64,000 nucleotides of DNA from Dicyema japonicum (GCA_011109175.1 RDEW01000028.1:525000-588999); one strand, 5' to 3'; shown: positions 48,701-61,609, counted from the first letter of the stretch. Numbers and translations: made by a program. Notes: generated from the sequence alone by a model not told the origin.

Positions 48701-51365
48701 TTCTCACGTCGTTTTCGGTGAAGTGAATCGTATCCGGTTCCTTTTTCGGTTTACTGAGATAATCGGGGATACATCCGGCTTCTTATTGTCGTTATAAGAT
48801 ATTTTCACATAACATTTTATTAGTTTGTTTAAGTCCTTTTGGCTGTGATCCACCTCGGACGATCTTTCATCCTCTCTTCCAAATTTCAGTAGTAACATGA
48901 AACGAAAAAACAAATTCAAATGAAAATGACAGATTTTTTTATCAATAAATAAAAAATCTAATAATTTATCCTTTTTAATACATATTATAGTAATTAATTA
49001 TTATAAAAATAATTTTTCCATATTTTAGATTAAGCTTCTTAAAAAAACTATCATTTTTAAGGAAAATCTCAAAATTGGGGAGTTTTTCCTCATATCGGGG
49101 TTGGACTGTAGTTGATAGTTTGGGGAAGGTATGGGTTTGATTCACATTGGTTGAGGCTTTTCTTTACATTATTCCCAATATTATTAACCAGAAGTAGTTC
49201 ACTATAATTATGGCCAAGTCGTCCACCTATATCACGTGAAACCGAAAAAAATTATTTTATTTTCTCTACGCCATTCCTTCGGAAATTACTTTAATTATTA
49301 CCTACTTCATAAGGATGGATTCGCGTTCTGGTTCTACGTTGTAATAATAATGTTGTATTAGTGTCAAGAATCTAGGAACTTGGGTCAATCACTCGTTTAC
49401 TATTTCTTTCGTCCTCGGCATCCTGAGGATAGGAAAATAAAAATAATCACTATGAATTTTTTGAAAAAGTTTCCGCCAAAGCAGATATCCGGTGCTCTAT
49501 TATTTAAAAAACTTTGGGTTTCCAGGGTCTCTTGAGCTTCTAAGAAGACGGATGAGAGGTAAATCCACCATGAGGTGATGAAGTCATTAAATCTACTAGA
49601 GACATGCCATACACCAGAGCATCACCGCTAAACCCTTCGACCAATTAACAACTTGTCGATAAAAAAAAGCATAAACGCTTTTTTGTGGATTTGAGTTAAC
49701 ATGCATTTAACAGCAAAACTGTAAACCTTCTTAGTGTTTCCGTCCGACAGAAAAGAGGGGGTTATTCAAAAGTTGATAATAAGTATGAAATCCTTGTCTA
49801 AAGTCTATCGTACTGATTTTGTTTAGGCACGTGTTTACATTCTTTTATAATCTGTTTATCTGTGATGAAGATGATCTTGAGTATAAGGATGACATCAGCC
49901 TAGCAATATTTACAGATTTTAGCTATTTTTGTTTTTCAAGTCCTTATAAGATATGTTTTTTTTACATATTCCTTTTAGTCAATTTCTGCTGAAAATGCGA
50001 TTTTTTTGTCTCATTAATCCAATCTCGACCTGGTGGTTATTTGGTTGGAAGGCTGAGGTACTTTCTCTATTGGACGGAATGTCTACTTATTTCCATGAAG
50101 ACACTTGATTTGAATCTTTGTCTATCACCACATGTAGAAAACATTCTTGTGAAATGTGAAAAGAAGCTGAAGGTACTAAAAAGTTTATTGGGAATAAGAA
50201 GATTGGTACTCACAACGTGTAAGGACAGTACATCGAGCCGTGTTTCTCATATGCATGCGCCTCGTAGGGACCATCCATATCTTGGACGGTTTCACCCTTC
50301 TCGTGAGCATGGATGAGATGACTGATTAAGGAGACTTCAGAAAACTAAAATTCTAAACAAAAAAGTGGGGATGCACCAAGTATCTAGACCTTGCCAAAAG
50401 AGCTTCAAAATTCTTAAGTTTACATGGATAAAAAATGACGATTTACTTTATTATTGTAATATTCTTGAATGAATGACCTGGCCAAAAATTGACCTCTCTT
50501 TTTAATTATGTAGCATCTGGAATCATCACCTGTCATTAAATAATATAAAAGTACACCTTTATAGAAAAAATTAATGATTTTCTATTTGTTTGCCATCGCT
50601 TTCACTTTCTGTAAGGCTGAACCAAGCTGTGGACCTGACAATGATGTCCTATATTGCTACGACTTCACTGAAACCGATAAATTGAGAATAGATTGTTCTC
50701 CCGAATTAAATTCAATGTAAATAAATTTTTTTATTTTACAGAGTTATTAAATATTCACAAATCTCTAAACTGTTGAAGCGCGACTTTTCTAGTAGCTGCT
50801 CGCAAATAAAAAATATGTTTTTTTTCAAAAATAACTTTGTAGCATTTTTATGAATTCAAAAATTAGTTTCATAGGAAATAATGCATTTTCTGCACTTTCA
50901 AAAATCGAGAAAATGTATTTAGTTATATCAAAAATAGTAAATTCTCGGGAACTACAGTCGAACAACTAAAGAAAGGTGCCTTCAGAAGACTCAAATCACT
51001 TAGTCAAATGTGACCTTATTTTTAATTTTTAGTCATATCGATGGTGACTCTGAAGTCACAATCGTTTAGGTCAATATAATAATTGCTAACAAATGGACTT
51101 TTCCTTAATATTAACGATTAATGACAATAACTTGACTTATTTTAGTTGATAAATATTTCGCCGAATCTGACTTCATGCTTGAAAAAGGCAGATGTGATTT
51201 CAAATGTTTGCCTTATCAGCTCTAATCTATAAATATTTTTATTAAGGAAAGAAAAGAGAGTAAACGGTTATATAGCGGCTGCCCTGACTGTGTGGCTATT
51301 CCCTCTCAAGATAGCGAGCGAGATTCGCTCAAATAACCACCAGCGATCACAAAGGGTCTCCTGTT
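48000..51365 (-). repeat. Inverted segmental duplication, copy 2 (lacks the CRE, RTE and SINE insertions)
   Basis: Reverse complement of the joined segments of copy 1. Confidence 0.85.
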
Positions 51366-51429
51366 CTTGTAGCGATTTGATTCCCTAGACGACTCAAGAA
51401 TTCCAGCGTCGCAGGCTCAAGGGAACCAG

Positions 51430-51780
51430 ACGTCTCAACGGCGAGTAAAACAAACAAAAAATGCTTGGGTAGGACCGCGTACTTTTCCCGTTTCATCTTC
51501 TCGTTTTCTCAACGGCAGAACAGGATCCAGAGGCACTCTGGAGTAGGTTGCAAGAGGCAAATGTGTTGGTACAGATAACGTCCCAGACAAAAGGTTTCCC
51601 GGCTTCAAAAGGAAGATTGTCATCCCATCTGGTCGTTTCCCGTTCGCCTGCAAATACCGACTGGTTCGAGCATGGAGGGGTTTCCGGCGGCGTCCAAAGC
51701 TCGCCTAACGAGTTCGTTCAAGGTCATGTGTCTGGGAAATCTGCTGCACTCTTCCTGCAGGAGAGAGGGTATAGGCCAAT
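51430..51780 (-). mobile_element. CRE-clade RLE fragment
   Basis: SRFPRH..LNELVRRAL, NGKRPDGMTIF. Confidence 0.78.
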
Positions 51781-52654
51781 CTATATAATAAAATACAAGT
51801 TTGTATGTGTCTACCTGTTTTTTTGTCCGCAAGAATTCACAAATTTATATTTATCGAATGTGATCATAAAATGATCTTTTTTGCACAACCAAGGAAGGAT
51901 TGATTCCCAAGTTAGAAGAGGTCGGAAAATTTATTTCCCAAAATAATAATAAAATAAAATTTTTAACAAAGTTAAGGATTTCATGGGATCGATCCCCAAG
52001 TGAAGAAGAGGTCGAAAAAAGTTATGCCCTAGAATAAGATAAAAAATATATTTTTTGGTATTAAAAATTTATAAAAATGTTATTGATGTATATTTTAACA
52101 TATTAAAAAATATAATTAGAGAGACTAACTATTTGATTGCTAACAACTACTGGCGGTAATCGGCAAATTAATGGCTGGTAAATCAAGGGACCTCGAGGGC
52201 GGGTTTCTAGATAGAAGAGGTCGAAATTTTGATTTTTTATATTATATTTAAAATGCGACTGTGAGATTAATTCGACGATAAGAGTCATACGTCCGTTACA
52301 GTGTGATGAAAATGGAAGAGAGGGACCTACTTCTCCACCTCTTTTCAGAAGCGGAAACCTGTAATGGATAATTGGAAGATGAATTTGGTGGTCACAAGCC
52401 GACGTTACTGACCTAAACAAATAACAAAGTTTGAACTTTAATTTTAATCAATGACCTGTTTGATCAATAATCAGCAAGATAATCAATAATTTTTATATCA
52501 CTTTAACCAATAGACCCACCCACGTGGTCCAAATCGTTGATTAGAACCAAACACAAAATTATGATACTCAATCTATATTATAAATTTGTAAGTTTGTTTA
52601 ACGACCACCTTCTCAATATCCCCTTCATTATTTTGGAAAATTCCGCGTGACGCC

Positions 52655-53335
52655 AACTTTAGTGTGGTGCTATGTGGCTACTTGAATTGAAGATTTTTTT
52701 GTTTCTTCTGTTTCTTTTCTTTACCTGTGGCTCCACGGAGCTTGAATTGTTAGTGTGCGTCATATGATTCAATATCTCTGGTAGCTCCAGATATACTCCT
52801 AAATGATATCAAAATATAATTTATGGTGGTGCAGTGTTACGAGTGCCGAGTTCTCTTGTTCAAATCTCCCTGCTGTACATTTCGGCTGAACGTTCCACGC
52901 ATCTACGATGCTTTGGCTTGCCGAGTGAGACCGTCATCAGTGAACATCTCACTGCGGAATCGGATCGTTTACTAAAGAAACACACCTAACAAAAATAAAA
53001 AAGAAGTGAAGAGCATTCCTCGGTTCTACCTCATCGATTAGTTATGATAACAGTCCTTTGCTTGTGTCCTGCCTGAGAAAAGCGATAGCTAATATGGTTC
53101 CTCGTAAAGTGCATTATTTATTTATATCCAAAAAAGACCATTAGTCAATAACCATCCAGAGAAGTTCCCCCTGGACGACACTTCCTTCAAATCCGAACAT
53201 GCGAAGACTGCTGAGGGAGGCTGGTTTTTCTCCGGGGGACAATGTCGTATGGAGACAAGTTCTGGAACGTAGGAACGAGTCAGGATCAAGGAGTTAGTTA
53301 GTTTGGTTACCCTTGCTCTTAGGAATAAATTTAAT
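52655..53335 (+). mobile_element. LINE-derived 5'+3' element interrupted by a family B SINE (~52820-53105)
   Basis: The leader gtggtgctatgtggctacttg and ccaaaaaagaccattagtca match 6570-6740; the SINE B core lies inside; LINE tail at 53280-53335. Confidence 0.6.
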
Positions 53336-53486
53336 TTAATATCAACTATGAAAGAATTAAATTTGTTTTTGAGTGATAGTTTCCTGACCTTTGTTTTATA
53401 TAAATATATTTTAATTGTATTTTCTTTAAATAATTTACAAAAAATAAAAACTAGTTTAAAATAAATAAAGATAGCAACGTGTGCCA

Positions 53487-53934
53487 ATGGATGACGTTGT
53501 GAAACCAAAAAAGAGAAAAGCGCCTACACTTGAAGAAAGAGTTGACGGAGTCTGTTCATTAAGTGTAATGTTAAATGATGGACTGATCAGCAATGATAAA
53601 ACGCTTTTAAACGTAATTCTTTAGTCCATATTTTTAGAACGTGTTGCAAGTTGGTGACTACGAGCTGATCAAGGGAACCTTGAAGCGACTCTCTGACGAA
53701 TCGATCATTTCTTTGCACGAGGAATTATGTACGAGACTCAACAGTCCCCCTCAGATGTAGTTATTTCTGTAATTTCCAAGTGCTTCACCTGCAGTCAAAT
53801 GGCTTAAGTTCTTGTGGCAGACACGTGGTCAGTTATTGAGAGGAAAGAAGTTGGAGACTATTCAGCTTGGTCAAAGGACTTCCTTGTACAGCAAGTTATG
53901 CTCTCTAAAAGGAAGACTCGACCTTATTAATTAA
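53487..53934 (+). CDS. WDR43: Small (~130 aa) WDR43/UTP5-like protein consisting of the Utp12 domain only; 2 introns (26 and 24 nt); not in the ORF track
   Basis: Spliced MDDVVKPKKRKAPTLEERVDGVCSLSVMLNDGLISNDKTLLNNVLQVGDYELIKGTLKRLSDESIISLHEELCTRLNSPPQIASPAVKWLKFLWQTRGQLL..RTSLYSKLCSLKGRLDLIN*; matches the remembered Utp12 pattern LL.QGL.SND..ML..VL..I..T..R...W....L.L.G.L.L. Confidence 0.75.
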
Positions 53935-54029
53935 AATTTTTATACTATTTTACTGTGTAACAATACTTTCAACTATTTTTAATTTTATAATTTAAATTTT
54001 GTTATTTGTTGTAACCACGTGCGAAAATA

Positions 54030-54670
54030 GACTTAAGATTTCTTTAAATCCCATTGCCTAATAATAGCGACAATTTATTATCATGTGCGTATGGTTCCAT
54101 GTCCATGTTGAGGATCAGATTCTTGGTGTCTTCTATGTTTTCTTAGTTGTGAAAAATTGCTGCATTCATCGTGAAGCGATAGGATACTAGTGCAATGGGT
54201 CACCAGCTGAAACTATCGGATCGATCAATTGAGCTAAATCAGATTGCTTTGGCTCAGAAGACATTGGATACGGTAACTTTCGGAAATAAGGAAGCATTGG
54301 ATGCATCCAGTGTATAGGTTTATCTCGTTTGGTCAAGATGGAGAAAAATTAGACAAAACCGTCTTCCTAAGAGAGAAACGATGGAATTATTAGTTCTATT
54401 ATAGTACAACTGAGGAGGAAACACCAGGGGCTTCCAATTGAATTCCACGGAGACATCTGAAATATTTGGCCCCAACACTATTGAGTTCGTCAAAACAAGC
54501 GGCCTATTTGTGGAAACACTGAAGAATAACCTAATGCTCTTCCGAAACATTGCCCTCATAATCATGAAAGGTAACTCCAAATCTGTCCTGTGTCTGTAAA
54601 TATTAATCACGGAATACCTAGAGTATAGAAATATAACAGTATCGCAATCAAAAACCAAGATTTGATACAA
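54030..54670 (-). CDS. Unidentified micro-intron gene, convergent with WDR43-like
   Basis: ORF 54320-54670, candidate introns (gtattccgtgattaatatttacag, gttattcttcagtgtttccacaaatag), several NxS/T sequons; exon structure unresolved. Confidence 0.35.
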
Positions 54671-55569
54671 AATTTAACTTTTCGCTTAGAAAATTAAAAA
54701 ATTTAATTCTTATTTCAGGAAATTTAAATTTTGATACCAAAAATCATTTTTACCCCCATTATAGAGTTAAGTTAGGAAAATTAAATTTTGATTAAAATAT
54801 CTATTTTTAAAATTGAATAAGCGAGCATTTGCGTTGTAACATTATCTAAGGAGCTAGTAATCAGCGTAGATAACTGCTGAATATCAGTGTGTAGGGACCT
54901 TGATACTTAGAAAAATTGAGATTATTAAGAGTTTAAAAATAGTTCGATTACTGAGAGTTAAAGACCCATCTCTAATCTATTTTAAAAATAGTTCGTATTG
55001 ACCTATTCGTCCGACAAATCTGAGGCTAGATTTTAGAGAAGTGACTTATTGTGGGAATGACGTAACCAGAGTAGGTCAAATGTTGGACGGATGACTATAT
55101 TTTTTGAAACTTCAACACAATACAAAATACACTCGAGTAATGCAACTGAGACTAAAATATATTAGGTCTCTTCTTGGGGATCACTGGAAATAATCCTCAC
55201 TGGAATAACATCAAAAAAGAAGATCACTGCCAAAGTTCTTCAGTTTAGAAAATTAGTATAATCTATGCTTCTAAATTTGTCACTTCTTTCATAAACTATG
55301 TGGACGATGTGTCACGTGCAATTAAAGACCTATTTTCAACACTAGAAAGGATTACATTTAACAAAGTCGATTTGTATGGAAGTGGACTAAATCGGTCATT
55401 CTTTTTCTCGACTGTCCATCCACCTTTTTGCTGTCAACAACCCGATGGCAAGCAGGAAGGAAAGCGATTTGGGTCCTAAAATCCCCTAGGTTCGGCTGCG
55501 ATGAGCTCATTTAGCGAAAATTGAAATTTTATTAGATATTAGTATTTAATGATAAATTTAGCTGCGATA

Positions 55570-57010
55570 GGCAGACATCGCTTAAGATGGTTTTCAGTAA
55601 ACTCAAATTAGGGAAATAACTCAAGTTCGGAACATGGACAGCAAAATAAGCATTACTACAAAAAATACGAGAAAGACTATAGGTTAGTGATCGCACTTGA
55701 ATTATAGAGGGGAGATGAACATGCTAATAATGATGACTTGAATGTGAGCGGGTCCATAATTTTAGAATTTTGCAAAAACACACAATAAAAAAGAAGTCAA
55801 ACAAATTGACATCAGTGTCGAATCACAGGTAAAATATGAAGTAATTTAATGGTTCAATTAGACTCCCAAGGGTACCCGTACAAGAGAATTTACAGAAACA
55901 GATCTTGTCGAAAATCTACTGAACAATCGTATGAAGTGGAAGTCTATGAAATTCCCATAAACAAAGAAAATGAACAGGTATGAGGCACTGTGTAACCACA
56001 AAGATCGAAAATCTGACTGAGGAAGAGTTTCTGTGGAGCCATGAGGTATTTTTATTAGACTGACTGAACCAGAAACCAGTAAGAGAGAGAAACAGCAGAA
56101 ATTCAAAAAATATTTTTAGAAGATCAAACAATACAGCATCGGAAAAAGAAGTAAAGAATGAGAAAAATATTTCTGAGTTGGAGATATTGTTTGCGAATAT
56201 TAGAGAAAATAAAAACGACTTATCTGAAAGTTATTTCAACAAAAAAGAAGCAAAAAGAATAGAATTAAGGATTTTTTTAAATCTTCAAAGAAGTTCAAAT
56301 TTGATTCAAAAAGTCAAGATGTGAATTAACAATTTCATTTTAGGCGAATTATGAAGGAGTCAACGTAAAAAATCTCAAATCCTCACTCAAAAAAGACAAC
56401 AGTCTGATTTCAAAATAATTATAGAAATTTGTTTCGAAAGAGAGTCAACAAATAAGCCAAAATCTGTGAGATTCTCCAGAAAGAGCAACGTCATTATTAT
56501 CGACTCTTCCGGTGAAAAACTTGGTGAAGAATTGTGCCTAACCTGGAAAAAATTTGTATTTTCTTTGATGAATTCTAGCAAATAACAGAATACAAACGAG
56601 GAGATAAACTCGCAATATTCGACGAAAAAATAAAAATATTAGACAATCTGGAAACATTCACGGTAATTCAATGTTATCATCCCTTGCTAGACGACTCAAG
56701 AAGATGAGACAAGAAACGGATGCCTTGGATGCTTCAGAACCTTGAAGAGGTCATTAAAAAGGCTGTTCACTAAGTCGTCTAAAAGATCAATTCGTCGAAA
56801 AAATCTGGTATTTTTACTGAGACAATTTCTGAATAATCTACAAAAAGCAAAAATAGACAAATTGTATATCAGGGAAAATAGCCAAAAAAGTGAGCTATCA
56901 AAGGCGTTTTCAAAATCGAAACTAATAGTCAGCGAATTATTTGAAAGTACTGATCTGTCTAATTTCAAGTTGGTAAGGAACAGAGAAACAATTGGTGACA
57001 CAAGTTTATA
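55570..57010 (+). CDS. Unidentified K/E/N-rich multi-exon gene or pseudogene
   Basis: Purine-rich open segments separated by intron-like 23-33 nt GT..AG stretches (e.g. gtatgaggcactgtgtaaccacaaag, gtattttctttgatgaattctag); ORF 56742-57011. Confidence 0.35.
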
Positions 57011-57084
57011 AATATAAATTCTCATTTTTATTAGAAAATATTAAACGAAAATCACAACCAAAGTTCAATTATGCAAAAATTCTG

Positions 57085-57330
57085 CGTGGTGATATGTGGC
57101 TAATTGATTGAAGATTTCTTTTTGTTTCGTCTGTTCCTTTTCTCCCTTTTTCTACTAGAGTGGGGTCATGTGATCCACTTGACTTAGGTGGCACCCAGTG
57201 CCAGGGTTGCAAGTAGAATGATCGTCTTCTCAACTGAAGATATGCTCACAATGCAAGGAATGGACGTCTTCTACTTTTTATGCTGGTTCTGGATGGACTT
57301 GTGTGACGTCCTGAGTTAATAATAATGAAA
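57085..57330 (+). mobile_element. Short non-coding derivative with decayed motif A
   Basis: Homologous to 6800-7115; motif at 57162-57227. Confidence 0.55.
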
Positions 57331-57699
57331 GCGACCGGTATTTGTTGAGTCCTACTTAATAGCCTCTGATCTCCTACAAGTTAGTGAGGCCAGGGTTACT
57401 TAACTAACTAACCGTTCATATTATCAAAAATACACATCGAGATTTATTTACTACGTAATATTCATGCTATTCTGCCTAAAAATGACTACCATTAATCGAG
57501 TCACTCCACATTTAAGCGACAGGAAACATTCGTGAATCAGATAAACCCTCTTCACTTAATCTGGCATGCTTGAGTTCAAGATGAGATGTTCATTGATTAT
57601 GATGTTATAATTAAATCATCATTTTAGCAATTCTCTTTTCCCCTGTGGTGGTTTTACATTCATGGATCATTGGAGACCCTCAGTGCACCCTTCTGTGTT

Positions 57700-58330
57700 A
57701 AGGGTTAACTTGGCAATCATAGAGGATGCTTGCCAGTTATATCTCCACAGATCAGGGTATCACCCAATTTAGGCGAGGAAGATAAGACGTCCATAAAATA
57801 GCTCATTGGCCATAACCCAGGGCACGTAGATGTTCACGATGGATATTTTCCCTTTTGTGATTCTAATGGATATCAATAAGATCGCCATTATCTAAATATT
57901 ACAAATTTGAAGTCTATCCAGAACAGAGTGAGCAGGTGAACACCAAGTCTTTTTGCTCGGTTTGTCAGTATATGGTTACAGTCGGAGAATATAGAGTAGG
58001 ACTGTTAAGTGCAATGCAATCCATATGGCAATACCTTACATAAAGTGGTCAAAGCATTTGTCGCCAATGTTTTTCTGTTTTTCGTGTCTTCATCTTCTCC
58101 AAGTAACGAGACTAGTTTCTTAGTTTTCTTCCAGGATTCCTCTGATCGGTTTATTTCTCCTATACATGTGTACTCAGTCCCCAACATTATTAATCAAGAA
58201 CAAGTCCAAGAATGCATGCAGGGAACCAGTCCAAGGATTAGTTGTTTAAAAGGAAGAGAAGGTGGGTCTTCCGCAACTGCTACAAACAGGTCTTTTTTTG
58301 GCTTTTCTCCAATCCTTTGACTTTTTCGTG
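57700..58330 (-). mobile_element. RTE-clade LINE fragments
   Basis: SWKKTKKLVSLLGEDEDTKNRKTLATNAL is an RTE post-RT signature. Confidence 0.6.
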
Positions 58331-58544
58331 ATTTCAGAAGAGCCTATTACTGTCGGCCACGTGATTTAATTTCTTTAATGAAATTAATTTTGAATCATCT
58401 GCACATACCAAAATTTTACAGCAAAGAATCTTCCTTCTCGTGGACTTGATTAACCCAGAGCACTTTCAAGGAAACTGATGATTAACAAAAACATAACGAC
58501 AAAAAGTGAACGCTCTTATAGATAAGTCGATCGGATATGGTCCG

Positions 58545-58830
58545 ACGTGACCTGATTACTAAAATTGTTCCAAAGATCAAGGATAAAACCAAACTAATTC
58601 CTTAATCCTAATTCGTTCCTGCAGAACTCTCATCCAAGCACAGTGATCCAGATGATGTTGTCCGGGAAACTGAGTTCGATTCCAGAACTCGTCGCCAGGG
58701 AGTGAAATTATTTCCAGGATTCTTTTGAATCTCGGCCAAGCATTGGGTGTCTCCTTAGTAAAGTGGATCCAATTACGCTACCGTCAGGAAGGAAGAAAAA
58801 TCTTCAATCAAGTAACCACATGGCACGTGC
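58545..58830 (-). mobile_element. LINE 3' tail fragment
   Basis: Reverse complement of the tail at ~10250 and ~63410. Confidence 0.5.
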
Positions 58831-59270
58831 ATGATTTACGTACTCGATTCAGTTTTTTCACGAAAGTGTTGTTTATTAAGGAAAATAATTTTAAAATAAT
58901 TATGTTTAAAAAATTCGAGACTTGAAACGTTATCGACTCAATAAAGGTTCCTTATATCACTGAATTAAAAATATCAGGTAACCCATCTCAAATTATCCCC
59001 AAATACTATAAGGTGTCATCTAGATATCCGATGTGGATCACCTCGTGGGAAGAGCGAACGTTATGTTTTATATGATGGATAAAACCCTCATCCCTTTCCC
59101 CATTGGGACCACAATGATTGTATTTAGGATACTTTAACTCGCTTACATTATTATTTTATTATTTTAACTCGCTTGCATAAACATCTCTTGTCCCGTCATC
59201 GGATTATTTTAAATCAAAATGAATTTAATTGAATAATAATTATCTAATTATTTTTCAATTAAATTCAAAA

Positions 59271-61609
59271 ATGTGTGATTCTTTGTTCCTTCCAGTCGGC
59301 ACAAGGGTTTCTGCTAAATTCTGTGGCGCCTATTGCAAGGCAGTAATAAAATCCGTAGAAAGAAGAGGCTTAATATCTGTATATGTGAAACTGTTTATTC
59401 TAAGGTACTGACGAACTCTAAAGAAACTGTGAAAATTGACTGTGTGGATTACATTTCTGGGAAGATGCTAGTGAGTCAGCTGTTCATATTTAGCCATCTT
59501 CTCTCATTAAGGTCCGTCATAATAGCTCCGAGGTACTTGTGACATTTCTGCAGTTTCACGATCACAGCATGTACAGAGTCAGTTGTGCTTAATTGAAACA
59601 TTTTAGTATTTGACGACGGGGAAGGAAAAATAGTGCGACGCAGTCAAATACGTAAAATTACGATCGATACTCATGCCAATACTGTGGTCTGACTGTTTGC
59701 TTTACTTTTTAGTATCCCGTGCTTGAATCTACCAGAATGGCCAAAAAACGAATGAAGCTTCTTAAGTATATATCGCATAACCTGAGTAGGACTGAATGTG
59801 CCCATAAACCTCAACAAGTCGAGTCCGTGGACGTTGGAGATGTAGTTCTGTTGCCTGACAGCGAAAAATCCGAAAAAGAATTTGCTGTGCCAGCAATAGT
59901 GTGCGATCCTACCGCAGATTACGTGGGGTCTTCCTCTGAAAGCGGGAAAATACTCATAAAGTCCTTTTATGACGGGAATTTGTAAGCTTTATGTTAGTAA
60001 TCCGTCTTAGTCATTTGGTTGATAAATCAGGGCTCTCTTCTTTCGTACGTAACAAAGTGAGGATATCCCCCGACTCAAAAATGTACAGAGCTGTCGAACA
60101 AGCCTGTATTTATTGTGATCTCAAACGACTCCCTGAAGACTGGTCAGATCAGGAACTTTTGGGGAAATCCAAGACTGAAGAGGGAAAAAATGTTCTAATA
60201 AACCTAAAACCTAGTCACTTTCGGGGTCAGAGTCTCAGAAGTACCCTCTGATATCGAAAACAAGGATCTCTTCGTGGCTCACTTTTTCAAGTTTTTGGAG
60301 GACTGCAGAACTCCAATAAATACGACTCCCATGCTAGGCAACCGTGAAATTGATTACTACGAATTTTTTAAGGTTGTGAAGAACCTCGGTGGTTATAAAA
60401 AGGTACGAGTAAGTTGATCCACGTTCTTAGGTCTCAAAAGATGTTAAATGGCACCTTGTGCGGGAAAAAATGAAGAATTATGAATGTGACACACAAGAGA
60501 TAAGACAGGCCTATATAAAGTTATAATTATTGATATTGTTGGTATTTGAGTCAGTTTGAGGACTTTAACAAGAAATTTGGGTTCGTAGTCCTTAATAGAT
60601 CGACAGGAATCATTTCGGGGGCTTCTTGGAGAGAACAGAACATCCCTTCAAATCGAATAGTCGTCCCTTTCAGCAAGGTCCTATTTTTTGTTATTTTTAG
60701 AAGAAAACGATGACCTCTTCTCCAAAAATAAACATCAAGGAGAGCAATGGTAGAAAAATATCCCGACTGGTGAGTTTTTGCTTATTTTCGAAGGACTTGT
60801 CTAGTTTGGTGAAAGACGAGAATTTCTACAAGACAAGGGACGAGTTCTTCCTTCCTGGCAATATTTTTGAAATTATGACCGACGAAACCACCTTGACTTA
60901 CAGAATTAAAATAATTGCTGTTGATGATCGGGATGACTCCAAATACTACCAAGTACACTACGTTGGCTGGAATGTACTAATTTGATTTACACTTCAGGTT
61001 AAGTTTGACGACGTGTTTGACGAGGCTACTCTGTGGATGTTGCTAAATGAGGTTAAAGGCAACTGGAATAAACTGGGTATTCGATCCAATGAGAATACTG
61101 ATTGTTGTACTGAAAGACGTTGTGCCTTCTACAAGAATGTGGCCATTGATACAGAAGAGATGAACCACCCATCCATATTTAAGTTGGAAAGTGCCCAGAA
61201 TACTGAGATTCGGAAGGAAGTTGAGAGTAAAGACATTAAATTTTCGCCCAAAACGGAGGAAAGACATTCCAGTGAATGGAGACAAAAATTCACGGTACCC
61301 CCCACCATCAATTCATATGTCAGTACTTTGGTTGACAGTAAGTGTTTTGGTGATGTTTAGATTTGGCTGCCATAAAGGATGAAACCGAAATGATGGACTT
61401 TGTAGAGGAATATAATAAAAGTGTGCTAAATTTAGGTTTTTGGGTGATGTTATTCTGTAGACGGAGTTGAAGATTTGACTGATGAGGAACAGTGCGTGTT
61501 TTGGGAGAACAGATTGGAACAGATGCACAGATTGTATAAGAAGACTAAAAGGCTGAGGAATGCATTGGTTCGTTATAGGGAGAAAAATAAGAGAATTAAA
61601 GATTTGTGA
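59271..61609 (+). CDS. ARID4: ARID4/RBBP1-like chromatin protein (tandem Tudor, RBB1NT/PWWP-like, ARID, chromobarrel, C-terminal helix); ~13 micro-introns; one frameshift near 60190-60235
   Basis: LPVGTRVSAKFCGAYCKA, YRVIFDDG, IKSFYDG, DLFVAHFFKFLEDCRTPIN..GGYKKV..W..AYIKYLSQFEDF, YQVHYVGWNVKFD, LEQMHRLY; ATG 59271, TGA 61607-61609. Confidence 0.88.
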
